Assembly: GCA_038087875.1 (NCBI GenBank) | Contig: CM075987.1 | Location: 27,158,001-27,222,000 of the forward strand | DNA length: 64,000 nt | Direction of reading: 5' to 3' | Source: Malacoraja senta | Taxonomy: Eukaryota | Shown here: positions 24,818 to 36,869 of the stretch, piece after piece | Position numbering within the stretch: the first letter of the stretch is position 1 | Layout: every line of letters starts with the position of its first letter | Notes under the pieces: generated by a model | Told to the model about the DNA's origin: nothing | The model's database searches: none | Seen by the model: only the letters and a program-made list of their open reading frames with translations | Translations under genes and position numbers: made by a program

Positions 24818-27454
24818 ATATCAACCATCTGAGTTCTACGATTAGATTCCATCCAACAACTCATTCTGGGGCGGGAACTTAGATAAGAGTTTAGTTTTAG
24901 TTGAGAGATACAGCGTGGAAACAGGCCCTTCGGCCCACCGAGTCCGCACCGACCATTTATACCAAGCCAACTAACCTAACCTGTACGCATTTGGAGTGTG
25001 GAAGGAAACCAAAGATCTCAGAGAAAACCCACACGGGTCGCGGGGGGAACGTACAAACTCTGTATAGACAGCACCCGTAGTCAGGATCGAACCCAGGTCT
25101 CTGGCGCTGTGAGGCAGCAACTCTACCGCTGCACCACCATGCCACCCTTACAGGGAACACTCTGTGCTGGAAGACCAGGGAAGCAAAATGGTTCAGGAAC
25201 CAGGGTTATGCACTAAATGTTACTCAGGTTATTCCTTTATCACGTATCCGTACGCTGTGAATGGCTCGATTGTAATCCGGTATTGACTTTCCCCCGACTG
25301 GTTAGCACGCAACAAAAAGCTTTTCACTGTACCTCGGTACAAAGTAAACGCAATGTTCTAAATGTGGCCTCACCAACGTCTTACATAATTTCAACATGAC
25401 CATGACAAGAATTACAGCATTCTTAAGGGGTTGGACAGGCTAGATGCAGGAAGATTGTTCCCGATGTTGGGGAAGTCCAGGACAAGGGGTCACAGTTTAA
25501 GGATAAGGGGGAAATCTTTTAGGACCGAGATGAGAAAACATTTTTTACAGAGAGTGGTGAATCTGTGGAATTCTCTGCCACAGAGGGTAGTTGAGGCCAG
25601 TTCATTGGCTATATTTAAGAGGGAGTTAGATGTGGCCCTTGTGGCTAAAGGGATCAGGGGGTATGGAGAGAAGGCAGGTACAGGATACTGAGTTGGATGA
25701 TCAGCCATGATCATATTGAATGGCGGTGCAGGCTCGAAGGGCCGAATGGCCTACTCCTGCACTTATTTTCTATGTTTCTATGACATTGATAGATTCTTCA
25801 TTAGTAGGGATGTCAGGGATTATTGGGAGAAGGCAGGAGAGGGAGTGATAGATCAGCCATGATTGAATGGCAGAGTAGACTTGATGGGCCAAATGGCCTA
25901 ATTCTGCTCCTATCACTTATGAACTTACCTGATCACTTCCGGGACTGGCATTAGAAGGCAGAGTTACTTGGACACGACACAGGTGGAGGAACCTACATGG
26001 GGGACTCGTCTCAAGATTCCACTAACCTCAATCGCATCATTGACATCAAACTAATGAGTGGGGATGAATAAGGCTGTACTTGGATCCAACATACACAGGG
26101 TGTTCAGTTTAGTTTAGAGATACAATGCGGAAACAGGCCCTTCAGCCCACCGAGTCCACACTGACCAATCACCCCGTACACTGCTTCTACCCAACACACT
26201 CGGGACAATTTACAGAAGCCAATTAACCTACAAACCTGTACGTCTTTGGAGTGTGGGAGGAAACCGGAGCACCCGGAGAAAATGCAAGCAGTCACAGCGA
26301 GAGCGTGCAAACTCCGTGCAGACAGTCAGGATTATACCCGGGTCTCTAGCGCTGTAAGGCAGCTGCTCTACCGCTGCGCCACCGTGCCACCCTGCTTGTG
26401 GGATAATAATGTGATGAAGGAGGACGTCATGCAAACATGAAGGGCCACACAGCAGCAGTTTCTGGGATAACAGAACCAGTTAACAGGTGATCGCTGGTCA
26501 GCATGGACTCAGTGGGCCGAAGGGCCAGTTTCAACACTGCATCTCAAAACTGAACCGAGCTAAAGTGAGCAGCTAATTAAATATATCATTAAATAATGTC
26601 TTTTGAGGGAGAGATGTCCAAATAATTTGAGATGCCTTTTGTGCCAGGTTCCCACGTAGAGTGCGTCAGTGTGTAAGAAGGAACTGCAAATGCTGGTTTA
26701 CACCGAAGATAGACACAAACAGCTGGAGTAATTCAGCGGGACAGGCAGCATCTCTGGAGAGAAGGAAGGGGTGACATTTCGGATCGAGACCCTTCCTCTG
26801 ACTGAGAGTCAGGGGAGAGGGAGTCTAGAGATAGGGAAGGGTAAGGTGTGGATCATTGTTAGCTGAGGGGGAGGTGACAACGAGGTGTACAATCGGTAAT
26901 ATTTATTCAGGAGGACTGTGGAACATGGATGGGGAGGGACGGAGAGAGAGGGAAAGCAAGGGTTACTTGAAGTTAGAGAAATCAACATCCATGCCGCTGG
27001 ATTGAAAGCTTTACTAGAGACAATACAAGCATCCGCCACACCACCAGCCTGAACCTTGACCCCACCACTTTCTGACCCAAAGGCACGGTGACGCAGCGGT
27101 AGAGTTGTTGCCTTCCAGTGAAAGCAGCGCCGGAGACGCAGGTTCCATCCCGACTACGGGCGCCGTCTGTACGGAGTTTGTACCTTCTCCCCGTGACCTG
27201 CGTGGGTTTTCTCCAAGATCTACGGTTTCATCCCACACTCCAAAGACGTACAGGTTTGTAGGTTAATTGGCTTGGTACAAGTGTAAATTGTCCCTAGTGT
27301 GTGTAGGATAGTGTTTATACGCAGGGATCGCTGGTCGGCGCGGAGCCGGTGGGCTGAAGGGCCCGTTTCCGTGCTGTATCTCCAAACTAAACTAAAAAAC
27401 TAAACTAAAAAGGCAAGGCAATTATCGGAGGTGAAAAGTTACTGGAGAACCTAC

Positions 27455-27544
27455 TCTGTGGAGTTTCACACATTACGTCAGACTTCACCGGCGTGGGGTC
27501 ACTCCAGGAACGGCCAAGATTCTTCTCTTGTCGTTCACAAAAAC
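27455..27544 (-). CDS. NSMF: NSMF exon 8 (90 nt), SFCERQEKNLGRSWSDPTPVKSDVMCETPQ
   Basis: RSWSDPTP motif; acceptor ccttcttgcag|, donor A|GTAGGT; symmetric phase 1-1. Confidence 0.94.
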
Positions 27545-29126
27545 CTGCAAGAAGGAGGCTGTGATTATATACCGAGATGTATAGATGCACAATAATATAC
27601 AGTATGTATAGATATACCAGTAGCATTAGTAACATACAACATAAGTGCAGGAGTAGGCCATTCGGCCCTTCGAGCCAGCACCGCCATTCAATATGATCAT
27701 GGCTGATCATCCACAATCAGTACCCCGTTCCTGCTTTCTCCCCATATCCCTTGATTCCGTTAGCCCCAAGAGCTAAATCTAACTCTCTCTTGAAAACATC
27801 CAGTGAATTGGCCTCCACTGCCCTCTGAAGCAGAGAATTCCACAGATTCACAACTCTCTGGGTGAAAAAGCTTTTCCTCATCTCAGTCCTAAATGGCCTA
27901 ACCCTTATTCTTAAACTGCGTGACCCCTGGTTCTGGACTCCCCCTAACATTGGGAACATTTTTCCTGCATCTAGCCTGGCCAATGCTTTTAGAATTGTAT
28001 ATGTTTCTATAAGATACCCTCTCATCCTTCTAAATTGCAGCGAATACAAGCCCAGTTCAATCCCTTAAGAATTGTATTAGACACTTACATACAGCAGGGA
28101 ATAGCACAACACACACATACGATGATAGGACAAAGTACATTGCAGACTAGATTTCTAATCTGAGGAATATTAAGGAATAGATATGAAACTAATATCTCAC
28201 CATTTATACATGCAGCATGCATAGGTCCATTGGTGCTTGTATAATGTATACAATAATACAACAATTAGAAGGATGAGGGGGTGTCTTATTGAAACATATA
28301 AGATTATTAAGGGTTTGGACCCGCTAGAGGCAGGAAACAACATACTAATCTCTGGAGAATGTGGATATGTGACATTTCAGGTTGGGACCTTTCTTCAGAC
28401 AGAAGTCAAGAGAGTTTATTGTCATGTGTCCCAGATAGGACAATGAAATTCTTGCTTGTGGTGGTGGAGAGAGATCCAAGGCTGAAAGAAAGGAGTGTCA
28501 GGTCAAATGTTGAGGAAGGAACTGCAGATGATGGTTTAATCCGAGGATAGACACAAAAAGCTGGAGTAACTCAGCGGGACAGGCAGCATCTCTGAAGAGA
28601 AGGAATGGGTGACGTTTCGGGTTGAAAAGAAGAGACTCGACCCGAAACGTCGCCCATTCCTTCCCTCCAGAGATGCTGCCTGTCCCGCTGAGTTACTCCA
28701 GCATTTTGTGTCTATCAGGGGTTGGTCAAAGTCTGGCGAATTATAGGTTAAGGGGTGATCTTATAGAGGTGTATAAAATCATGAGAGGAATAGATTGGGA
28801 ACATGCACAGATTCTCTTGCCCAGAGTAGGGGAATCGAGAACCATAGGTTTAAGGCAAGGGGATGAAGATTTAATAGTCACCTGCGGGATAACTTTTTCC
28901 ACACAAAGGGTGGTGGGTGTATGGAACGAGCTGCCAGAGGAGGTAGTTGAGGCTGGGACTATCCCAACGTTTAAGAAACATTTAGACAGGTACATGGATA
29001 GGACAGGTTTAGAGGGATATGGACCAAACCCAGGCAGGTTGGACTAGTGTAGATGGGACATGTTGGCTGGTGTGGGCAAGTTGGACTGAAGGGTCTGTTT
29101 CCACGCTGTTTATGTCTCTATGAGAC

Positions 29127-30108
29127 GGGAGGGTCACAACAGAGGGGAAAGGTCAACGGAGAGGGGAGAGGTCAACGGGAGAGGGGAAAGGTCAGCTGCA
29201 GAGGTGAGGTCAACAGCAGAGGTGAGAGGTCAACAGCAGAGGTGAGAGGTCAACGGGAGAGGGGAAAGGTCAATGGGAGAGGGGAAAGGTCAATGGGAGA
29301 GGGGAAAGGTCAACGAGAGAGGTCAACAGGAGAGGGGAAAGGTCAATGGGAGAGGGGAAAGGTCAATGGGGGAGGGGAAAGGTCAATGGGAGAGGGGAGA
29401 GGTCAATGGGAGAGGGGAAAGGTCAACGAGAGAGGTCAACAGGAGAGGGGAAAGGTCAATGGGAAAGGGAAAAGGTCAACGGGAGAGGGAAATGGTCAGC
29501 CGCAGAGGTGAGAGGTCAACAACAGAGGTGAGAGGTCAATGGGAGAGGGGAAAGGTCAACGGGAGAGGTCAGCAGCCGAGGGGAGAAGTCAACACTTATG
29601 GGGTTGGACAGGCTAGATGCAGGAAGATTGTTCCCGATGTTGGGGAAGTCCAGGACAAGGGGTCACAGCTTAAGGATAAGGGGGAAATCCTTTAAGACCG
29701 AGATGAGGAAAAACGTTTTCACACAGAGAGTGGTGAATCTCTGGAACTCTCTGCCACAGTTGAGGCCAGTTCATTGGCTATATTTAAGAGGGAGTTAGAT
29801 GTGACCCTTGTGGCTAAAGGGATCAGGGGGTATGGAGAGAAGGCAGGTACGGGATACTGAGTTGGATGATCAGCCATGATCATATTGAATGGCGGTGCAG
29901 GCTCGAAGGGCCGAATGGCCTACTCCTGCACCTATTTTCTATGTTTCTATGTTTCTATGTAACAGCCGAGGGGAGAGGTCAGCAGCCGAGGGGAGAAGTC
30001 AACAGCAGAGGGGAGAGGTCAATGGGAGGGGGGAAAGGTCAACGGGAGAGGTCAGCAGCCGAGGGGAGAAGTCAACAGCAGAGGGGAGAGGTCAGCCGCA
30101 GAGGTCAA
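29127..30108. repeat. Purine-rich ~20-bp minisatellite GGGAGAGGGGAAAGGTCAAY, split by a CR1 insertion (29596-29958)
   Basis: Units read directly on both sides of the LINE fragment. Confidence 0.9.
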
Positions 30109-30860
30109 TTGCTGTCACATGCCACTGCAGGGAGATGAGGCAGAGCCAGACACCTGATTATCAGGAGGTCAGGCTGACCAACAACAAGGGGCCATCTGCT
30201 TGACTCCGCTCTGCTCTGCAGTGATTAGCACCGTGTCCCACCAAGCGTCGCGGCTCAATGTTCATAATCAAGTCTAACACCACCTCCCGAGGGGGCTGGA
30301 TTTAATTAGTGTTTGACATTGGCAAGGTGGGAAGGTAGTTAAAGATCTCCAAGTGTTAAATAATGCAGAGAGAGGGCAGGTGTAGCTGGAGTAACTCAAT
30401 CCTCTGCACCATATAATAAGCAATTAAACACTGACTCTCATCAGAGCCGTTGCCAAGGTCACTCTCACACACACACACACACCGCTTGTTTAATACGGGT
30501 GATCAGCGCGGGTGTCAGGGGTTCTGGGGAGGTGGCAGGAGAATGGGGTTGGGGGAGAGATAGATCAGCCATGGGGATGTAGACCTGTTGGCCTGAATGG
30601 CCTAATTCTGCTCTAGTTAATTATGAACGTATGTACTTATGAACCTGGGTATGTGGCGCTGTGAGGCAGCAACTCTACCGCTGTGCCACTGTTCAACCCT
30701 CTGTGCAAATGAACATTAAGCTCTCTCCGTCCCTGCTTCGACAAAAGGCCTCAGACTGAAACAGGAAGGTCTCTGTGTTTTATTTGCAGAGGCTTCTGAC
30801 CTGCTGAGAGTTCCCAGCATCGCCAGTTATTGCCGACTGAGCCACTGTGTGTAGCATGAT

Positions 30861-31386
30861 TAAGTCGTATCACCTGTAACAGGTAACCTGTAAGTTGTAT
30901 CACCTGTAACAGGTAACCTGTAAGTTGTATCACCTGTAACAGGTAACCTGTAAGTTGTATCACCTGTAACAGGTACCCTGTAAGTTGTATCACCTGTAAC
31001 AGGTAACCTGTAAGTTGTATCACCTGTAACAGGTAACCTGTAAGTTGTATCACCTGTAACAGGTAACCTGTAAGTTGTATCACCTGTAACAGGTAACCTG
31101 TAAGTTGTATCACCTGTAACAGGTACCCTGTAAGTTGTATCACCTGTAACAGGTAACCTGTAAGTTGTATCACCTGTAACAGGTAACCTGTAAGTTGTAT
31201 CACCTGTAACAGGTAACCTGTAAGTTGTATCACCTGTAACAGGTACCCTGTAAGTTGTATCACCTGTAACAGGTAACCTGTAAGTTGTATCACCTGTAAC
31301 AGGTAACCTGTAAGTTGTATCACCTGTAACAGGTAACCTGTAAGTTGTATCACCTGTAACAGGTAACCTGTAAGTTGTATCACCTG
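30861..31386. repeat. 30-bp minisatellite CACCTGTAACAGGTAACCTGTAAGTTGTAT x17
   Basis: Exact 30-bp period; only variant AGGTACCCTG in the units at 30961, 31111 and 31231. Confidence 0.97.
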
Positions 31387-31473
31387 GTGACCACACACCA
31401 GTATCCGCTGGTCAATAATGACCCCGACAAGCAGGCTCATGAGGTTTGTACTTTCACCTCACCATTCGGAGGC

Positions 31474-31938
31474 CATTCCCAGGATGGCGGGACTGTCATA
31501 TGCTGAGAGAATGGAGCAGCTGGGCTTGTACACTCTGGAGTTTAGAAGGATGAAAGGGGATCTTATTGAAACATATAAGATTATTAAGAGTTTGGACACG
31601 CTAGAGGCAGGAAACATGTTCCTGATGTTGGGGGAGTCCAGAACCAGGAGCCACAGTTTAAGAATAAGGAGTAAGCCATTTAGAACGGAGACGAGGAAAC
31701 ACTTTTTCTCACAGAGTTGTGAGTCTGTGGAAATTTCTGCCTCAGAGGGCGGTGGAGGCCGGTTCTCTGGATACTTTCAAGAGAGAGCTAGATAGGGCTC
31801 TTAAAGATAGCGGAGTCAGGGGATATGGGGAGAAGGCAGGAACGGGGTACTGATTGGGGATGATCAGCCATGATCACATTGAATGGCGGTGCTGGCTCGA
31901 AGGGCCAAATGACCCACTCCTGCACCTATTGTCTATTG
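31474..31938 (+). mobile_element. CR1 3' fragment, tail type A (similar: 25416-25782 +, 27630-28057 -, 29596-29958 +, 43127-43503 +, 48860-49217 +, 60521-60950 -, 62742-63040 -)
   Basis: GLSYAERMEQLGLYTLEFRRMKGDLIETYKI...SRTRSHSLRI; tail ggctcgaagggcc.aatg.cc.actcctgcacctattgtctattgt. Confidence 0.88.
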
Positions 31939-32139
31939 TTGCTTTTATTTTCCTGTATTGGGTCGTTCAGGAAGATCTCGTGCAGGCACTGTACACATGT
32001 GAACTGTTACGCTTGCAAACCAGACCATGCACTGCAATGTCATACTCAACTTTTAACCCAGAGAGTTGTGAATCTGTGGAATTCTCTGCCACAGAAGGCA
32101 GTGGAGGCCAATTCACTAGATGTTTTTAAGAACGAGTAA

Positions 32140-32482
32140 AGGGCCTGTCCCAATTACACAACTTTTTCGGCGACTTGCCGGCACCCGTCATAGCCACAGA
32201 AGGTCACCGAAAATGTTCCAATTGTTGAAAATCCAGCAGCGACCAGAAATAAGTATGATTCTTTGGGCGACTACTCACCACCAAACAGACGGGTGAAGCC
32301 TGTATGGTCGTACCCTTTGGGCGACTACTCACCACCAAACAGACGGGTGAAGCCTGTATGGTCGTACCCTTTTCTGGTCGCTGCTGGATTTTCAACATTT
32401 GGAAAAAAATTCGGCGACCTGCTGAGACTATGACAGGTGCCGGCAAGTCACCGAAAAATATTGTGTAAGTGGGACAGGCCCT
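32140..32482. mobile_element. MITE, PIF/Harbinger-like, related family with an internal 54-bp tandem duplication (32261-32368)
   Basis: TIRs AGGGCCTGTCCCAATTACACAA / TTGTGTAAGTGGGACAGGCCCT, flanked TAA / TTA; interrupts a CR1 fragment. Confidence 0.75.
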
Positions 32483-33472
32483 TTAGTTTTAGCTCTTAGG
32501 GCTAATGGAATCAAGGGATATGGGGAAAAAAGCAGGAACGGGGTAGTGATTTTAGATGATCAGCCACCATCGTATTGAATGGTGGTGCTGGCTACTAGAT
32601 GGAGAAGTTGCTGGGTCTTATTACAAGTGTTATAACCTCCCCATTCCCACACTGACCTTTCTGTCCTGGGCCTCCCCCACTGTCAGAGTGAGCCACACAC
32701 AAACTGGAGGAACAGCTCCTCATATTGATCAGTCTGAAGAAGGGTCTCGACATGAAACGTCATAAGGTCATAAGGAATAGGAGTAGAATTAGGCCATTCG
32801 GCCCATCAAGTCTACTCCGCCATTCAATCATGGCTGATCTATCTCTCCCTCCTAACACCATTATCCTGCCTTCTTCCCATAACCCCTGACACCCGAACTG
32901 ATCAAGAAATACATGTACTAATCAAGAACCCATTCCTTCTCTCCAGAGATGCTGCCTGTCCCGCTAAGTTACTCCAACTTTTTGTGTCTATCTTAACACC
33001 TCATATTCCACTTGAGTAACGATGAACATTGAAGTAACTAACCCCTGCCGAACCCAGGCGACTATTTGCGAGCTGGCCACAGACGCAGACCTACAATCAC
33101 GTGTTACAATCGCTCGACTTTCCGCTGACTGGTTAGCACGCAACAAAAGCTTTTCACTGTACCTCGGTACACGTGACAATCAACTATAATGTGCAGGAAG
33201 GAACTACAGATGCTGGTTTAACCCAAAACTAAATAACAATGGAGGATTCTAAAATCCATCACAAACCATAATGGGCAAGAGAGGATCTCTCTCTCTCTCT
33301 CTCTCTCTAATAACACACACACTCCCATGCACACCATGATGCACACACACATCCACCCACACACACTCACGCTGAACCACGCACACAGGACAACAACCAG
33401 CAGACCGTCAGGTGAACAGGCGGTAGGAAGGTTGCAGACTCACAGAAACAGGTAGCACGAGTCACTACTTAC

Positions 33473-33525
33473 TCTGACCTCGAATTCTTCGACTCCCAAC
33501 CATTCGCAGGTGCTTACGGAAATTT
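33473..33525 (-). CDS. NSMF: NSMF exon 7 (53 nt), NFRKHLRMVGSRRIRGQ
   Basis: Acceptor ttcttcactgcag|, donor A|GTAAGT. Confidence 0.95.
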
Positions 33526-34513
33526 CTGCAGTGAAGAAAGTTTGTTTAAAACCAAATATTCAGAGTTGGCTCCAAACCAAAAGCGTGTGATGATGTGACT
33601 GTAGCTTCCGGAGCCAGTAGCTCATTGCACGATTATTCTGGTGAAAGTAGCAGTAATGAAAAGCCACAATGTACGGTGACAGGAATATTATTGAGAAATA
33701 ATTTGCAGTTTGGTTGCTAGGATGTTCTGCAGCCAGGGTGCTTTCTATAGCAACGTGTGGGTTAATGGGTTACTCTGCTTTTGTACGACTGCAACAAGGT
33801 GGATGTATGAGTAATGGCTTGAATGGGTGATGGGTTGTGGAGCTATCAGCTCCGTCTCATTCAGCTTTAACATCGGCAGATAGATTTGACTATAACGTTC
33901 TGACAAAAGATGGCACGGAGGCGCAGCGGTAGAGTTGCTGCCTCACAGCGCCAGTGACTTAGGTTCGATCCTGACTACGGGTGCTGTCTGTACGGAGTTT
34001 GCACGTTCTCCCTGTGACCGTGTGGGTTTCCTCCGGGTGCTCTGGTTTCCTCCCACACTCCAAAAACGTGCAGGTTTGTCAGATAATTGGCTTCTGTATA
34101 TTGACCCCAGTGTGTAGGATAGGACTAGTGTGCGGGGTGATCGCTGGTCGGCACAGACCCGGTGGGCCGAAGGGCCTGTTTCCAAGTGGACTCCAAACAC
34201 TCATCTCCGCAGGTTGTTTAGTTTAGTTTCCTCATTCCGCGCCGACCAGCGACCACCCGTACACTAATTCTATCCTACACGCACTAGGGCCAATTAACTT
34301 ACAAACCTGCTCATCTTTGGAATGTCGGAGAAAACCCACGCAGGTCACGGGGAGAACGTGCAAACTCCGTACAGACAGCGCCCATGGTCAGGATCGAACC
34401 CGGGACCCTGGCGCTGTGAGGCAGCAGCTCTACCGCTGGGCCACCGTGCGTTTGGTGTGCGTAAGAGTGCAAAGTCTTTGCTAAGAGGAGGCACGGTGAA
34501 GAAACCTGCGTAC

Positions 34514-34582
34514 CTCTGGATGACGGCAGCGCACTCGTTCTCACGCTTCCTCCTCTTCCTCTCCGTGTAGCCGCGGAAAGCC
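34514..34582 (-). CDS. NSMF: NSMF exon 6 (69 nt), AFRGYTERKRRKRENECAAVIQ(R); NLS / caldendrin-binding region
   Basis: Acceptor cctctgccag|, donor AG|GTACGC; basic RKRRKR motif. Confidence 0.96.
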
Positions 34583-34687
34583 CTGGCAGAGGATGCAACG
34601 TTCGCAACATCAACCATGTTTTTAAAATGCACGTGTAGACTACATAAAGAGCAGAGAGTTGCCATGGAAATAAAGTAAAATACTTAC

Positions 34688-34693
34688 GATATT
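34688..34693 (-). CDS. NSMF: NSMF exon 5, 6-nt microexon AATATC adding Ile-Ser
   Basis: aag|AATATC|gtaagt; in frame gives GCA ATA TCG = A-I-S, matching the QA(IS)xFRGY isoform difference known for mammalian NSMF. Confidence 0.85.
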
Positions 34694-34792
34694 CTTCATG
34701 ACAGGTACATGGATCAGCAGTAATAGGGGGAAAATGGAGAGATCACATTACTGACTGAAACAGATATTCACCAACGTGTGTCCCACCCTCCT

Positions 34793-35100
34793 TAGTTTAG
34801 TTTAGAGATACAGCGAGGAAACAGGCCCTTCGGCCCACTGAGTCCGCGCCGACCAGCGATCCCCATACATCAATAATATCCTACACACGCTACGGACAAT
34901 TTACACATACACCGAGCCAATTAACCCACAAACCTGCACGCCTTTGGAATGTGGAAGGAAACCGGAGCACCCGGAGAAAACCCACGCGGGTCACGGGGAG
35001 AACGTACAAACTCCATACAGACAGCACCCGTAGTCTGGATTGAACTCGGGTCTCTGGCGCTGTGAGGCAGCAACTCTACCGCTGAACCACCGTGCCGGCC
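34793..35100 (-). mobile_element. HE1-like V-SINE, full length (other - copies ~3430-3724, 16768-17027, 19908-20180, 21700-21983, 24890-25147, 26104-26392, 38425-38714, 44830-45116, 45436-45749, 56139-56470, 58868-59160)
   Basis: Reverse complement of the same SINE consensus. Confidence 0.88.
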
Positions 35101-36246
35101 CGTAAATTGGTTGAAACCCTGGGATTATCATGTATATACAGAGCACATCACTGGGGCATCAAATTCACATTCAATTATAAATTCGCCAATGGGAGTTCTC
35201 TCTCTCCATGTACTAGCCGATTAAACTTACTGCTATTTAATATTCAGCGTGATCTCATTAAAAAAAAGTGATCCAAGCTCTCAAATGCTGCCATTCTTTT
35301 GCATGTTTAAGCAAGATAATCACTGATCAGAATAATAGAAAGGTTTCAGAGAAGGCTCAGCCATTAAATGACACCCAATTAGTTTGGGATTAGTGGAATC
35401 CTGCTTAGGGTTTAGGAAGAGTATGGATCTGATCATGACTCTCTGGTTCACTGCCAGCTGCTTCTGTTCTGACTGAATCCAGATGCATTACCCTTTCATG
35501 TACTGTAAGCAGCAGATAAAGAGAACACATCCTTGCATTAGTAAACGTGTGGTTTGTGTCTGTATGTTGCCAGCTCCTGTCATATTCTCCATGTCACGTT
35601 GCACCAGGTCTCGGCAGCTGATATTCCTGCTGCAGCTCGCTCGCTCACACCCTCTGCTTCACATCCCGCTCGGCTACACAGCGGTAAGAGACGGCGCGGA
35701 TGCTGGTTTGCACCGAAGATAGACGCAAAGTGCACAGCGGGACGGGCAGCGTCTCTGGAGAGAAGGAATGGGTGACGTTTCAGGGTCGTGACCCTTCGTC
35801 AGACTGAAAGTAGAGGGGGCGGAACTAAGGGTAAGAAAAGGCCAGAACAAAGCCAGACTGAAGAAGGGTCTCGACCCGAAACGTCACCCATTCCTTCTCT
35901 CCAGAGATGCTGTCTGACCTACAGAGTTCCTCCAGCTTTTTGTGTCTATCTTCGGTTGGAACCAGCTTCTGCAGTTCCTTCCTACATGCAGTATTTCCTC
36001 AAGTCTTCAATAAGATTATTTCCAAATCTCCGCATCAAGTCTTCTTCCTACCTAACCTTCCGCACCTGGATATCCCTATTGCCCCAGGCTCATCAGGTCA
36101 TAACTTATTGGAGCAGAATTAGGCCATTCGGCCCATCATCTACTCCACCATTCAATCATGGCTGATCTATCTTTTGCTCTCAAACCCATTCTCCTGCCTT
36201 CTTCCCATATCCCCTGACAACCCATACTAATCAAGAATCTCTCAAC

Positions 36247-36461
36247 GTTCAGAAGGAACTGCAGATGCTGGAGAATCGAAGGTAGACAAAATTGCTGGAG
36301 AAACTCAGCGGGTGCGGCAGCATCTATGGAGCGAAGGAAATAGGGAACGCTTCGGGCCGATTAGGGTCTGAAGAAGGGTTTCGGCCCGAAACGTTGCCTA
36401 TTTCCTTCGCTCCATAGATGCTGCCTCACCCGCTGAGTTTCTCCAGCAATTTTGTCTACCG
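36247..36461. mobile_element. Fold-back mini-element made of two inverted PLE termini
   Basis: Arms 36281-36358 and 36382-36460 are reverse complements; 14-bp TSD AAGAATCTCTCAAC at 36233-36246 and 36462-36475. Confidence 0.8.
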
Positions 36462-36793
36462 AAGAATCTCTCAACCTCCAGCTTAATCATATCCACTGAC
36501 TTGGCCTCCACAGCCATCTGTGGCAATGAAGATTCACCACCCTCTGACTAAAGAAATTCCTCCTCATCTCCTTCCTAAAGGTGACCCCTCCCGCTGATGG
36601 ATACATCCCCTCCACATCAAGTCAAGTCAACTTTTTTTGTCACATACACATACAAGATGTACAGTGAAATGAAAGTGGCAATGCCTGCAGGATTGTGCAA
36701 AACAACAGAACCAGTAATTACATTTTAAAATATCTACTCTATCCAGCAACCCCGCCCAGCAACAAACAAGGAGAATGACCTTTCTATACTCAC

Positions 36794-36869
36794 GCCTGCA
36801 TTGTGGTCGTAGCCGTCTGAAAGTTGAAAAGGTTTTCTTTTGGAAACCAAGTGCGGATTGGTACATCGT
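36794..36869 (-). CDS. NSMF: NSMF exon 4 (76 nt), DDVPIRTWFPKENLFNFQTATTTMQA
   Basis: Acceptor ctttctttcag|, donor GC|GTGAGT; near-identical to the recalled mammalian peptide. Confidence 0.96.

Noticed and set aside
30220..30320. REST/RE1-like (TTAGCACC) and CTCF-like (CCCGAGGGGGCTG) motifs in a unique intron 7 block
   Set aside because: Only partial matches; cannot be supported without PWM scoring or conservation data.
30751..31440. 229-aa (LLQVIQLTGY)n ORF; CRISPR-like regularity
   Set aside because: Head-to-tail 30-bp minisatellite with no unique spacers, in a vertebrate intron; no cas genes.
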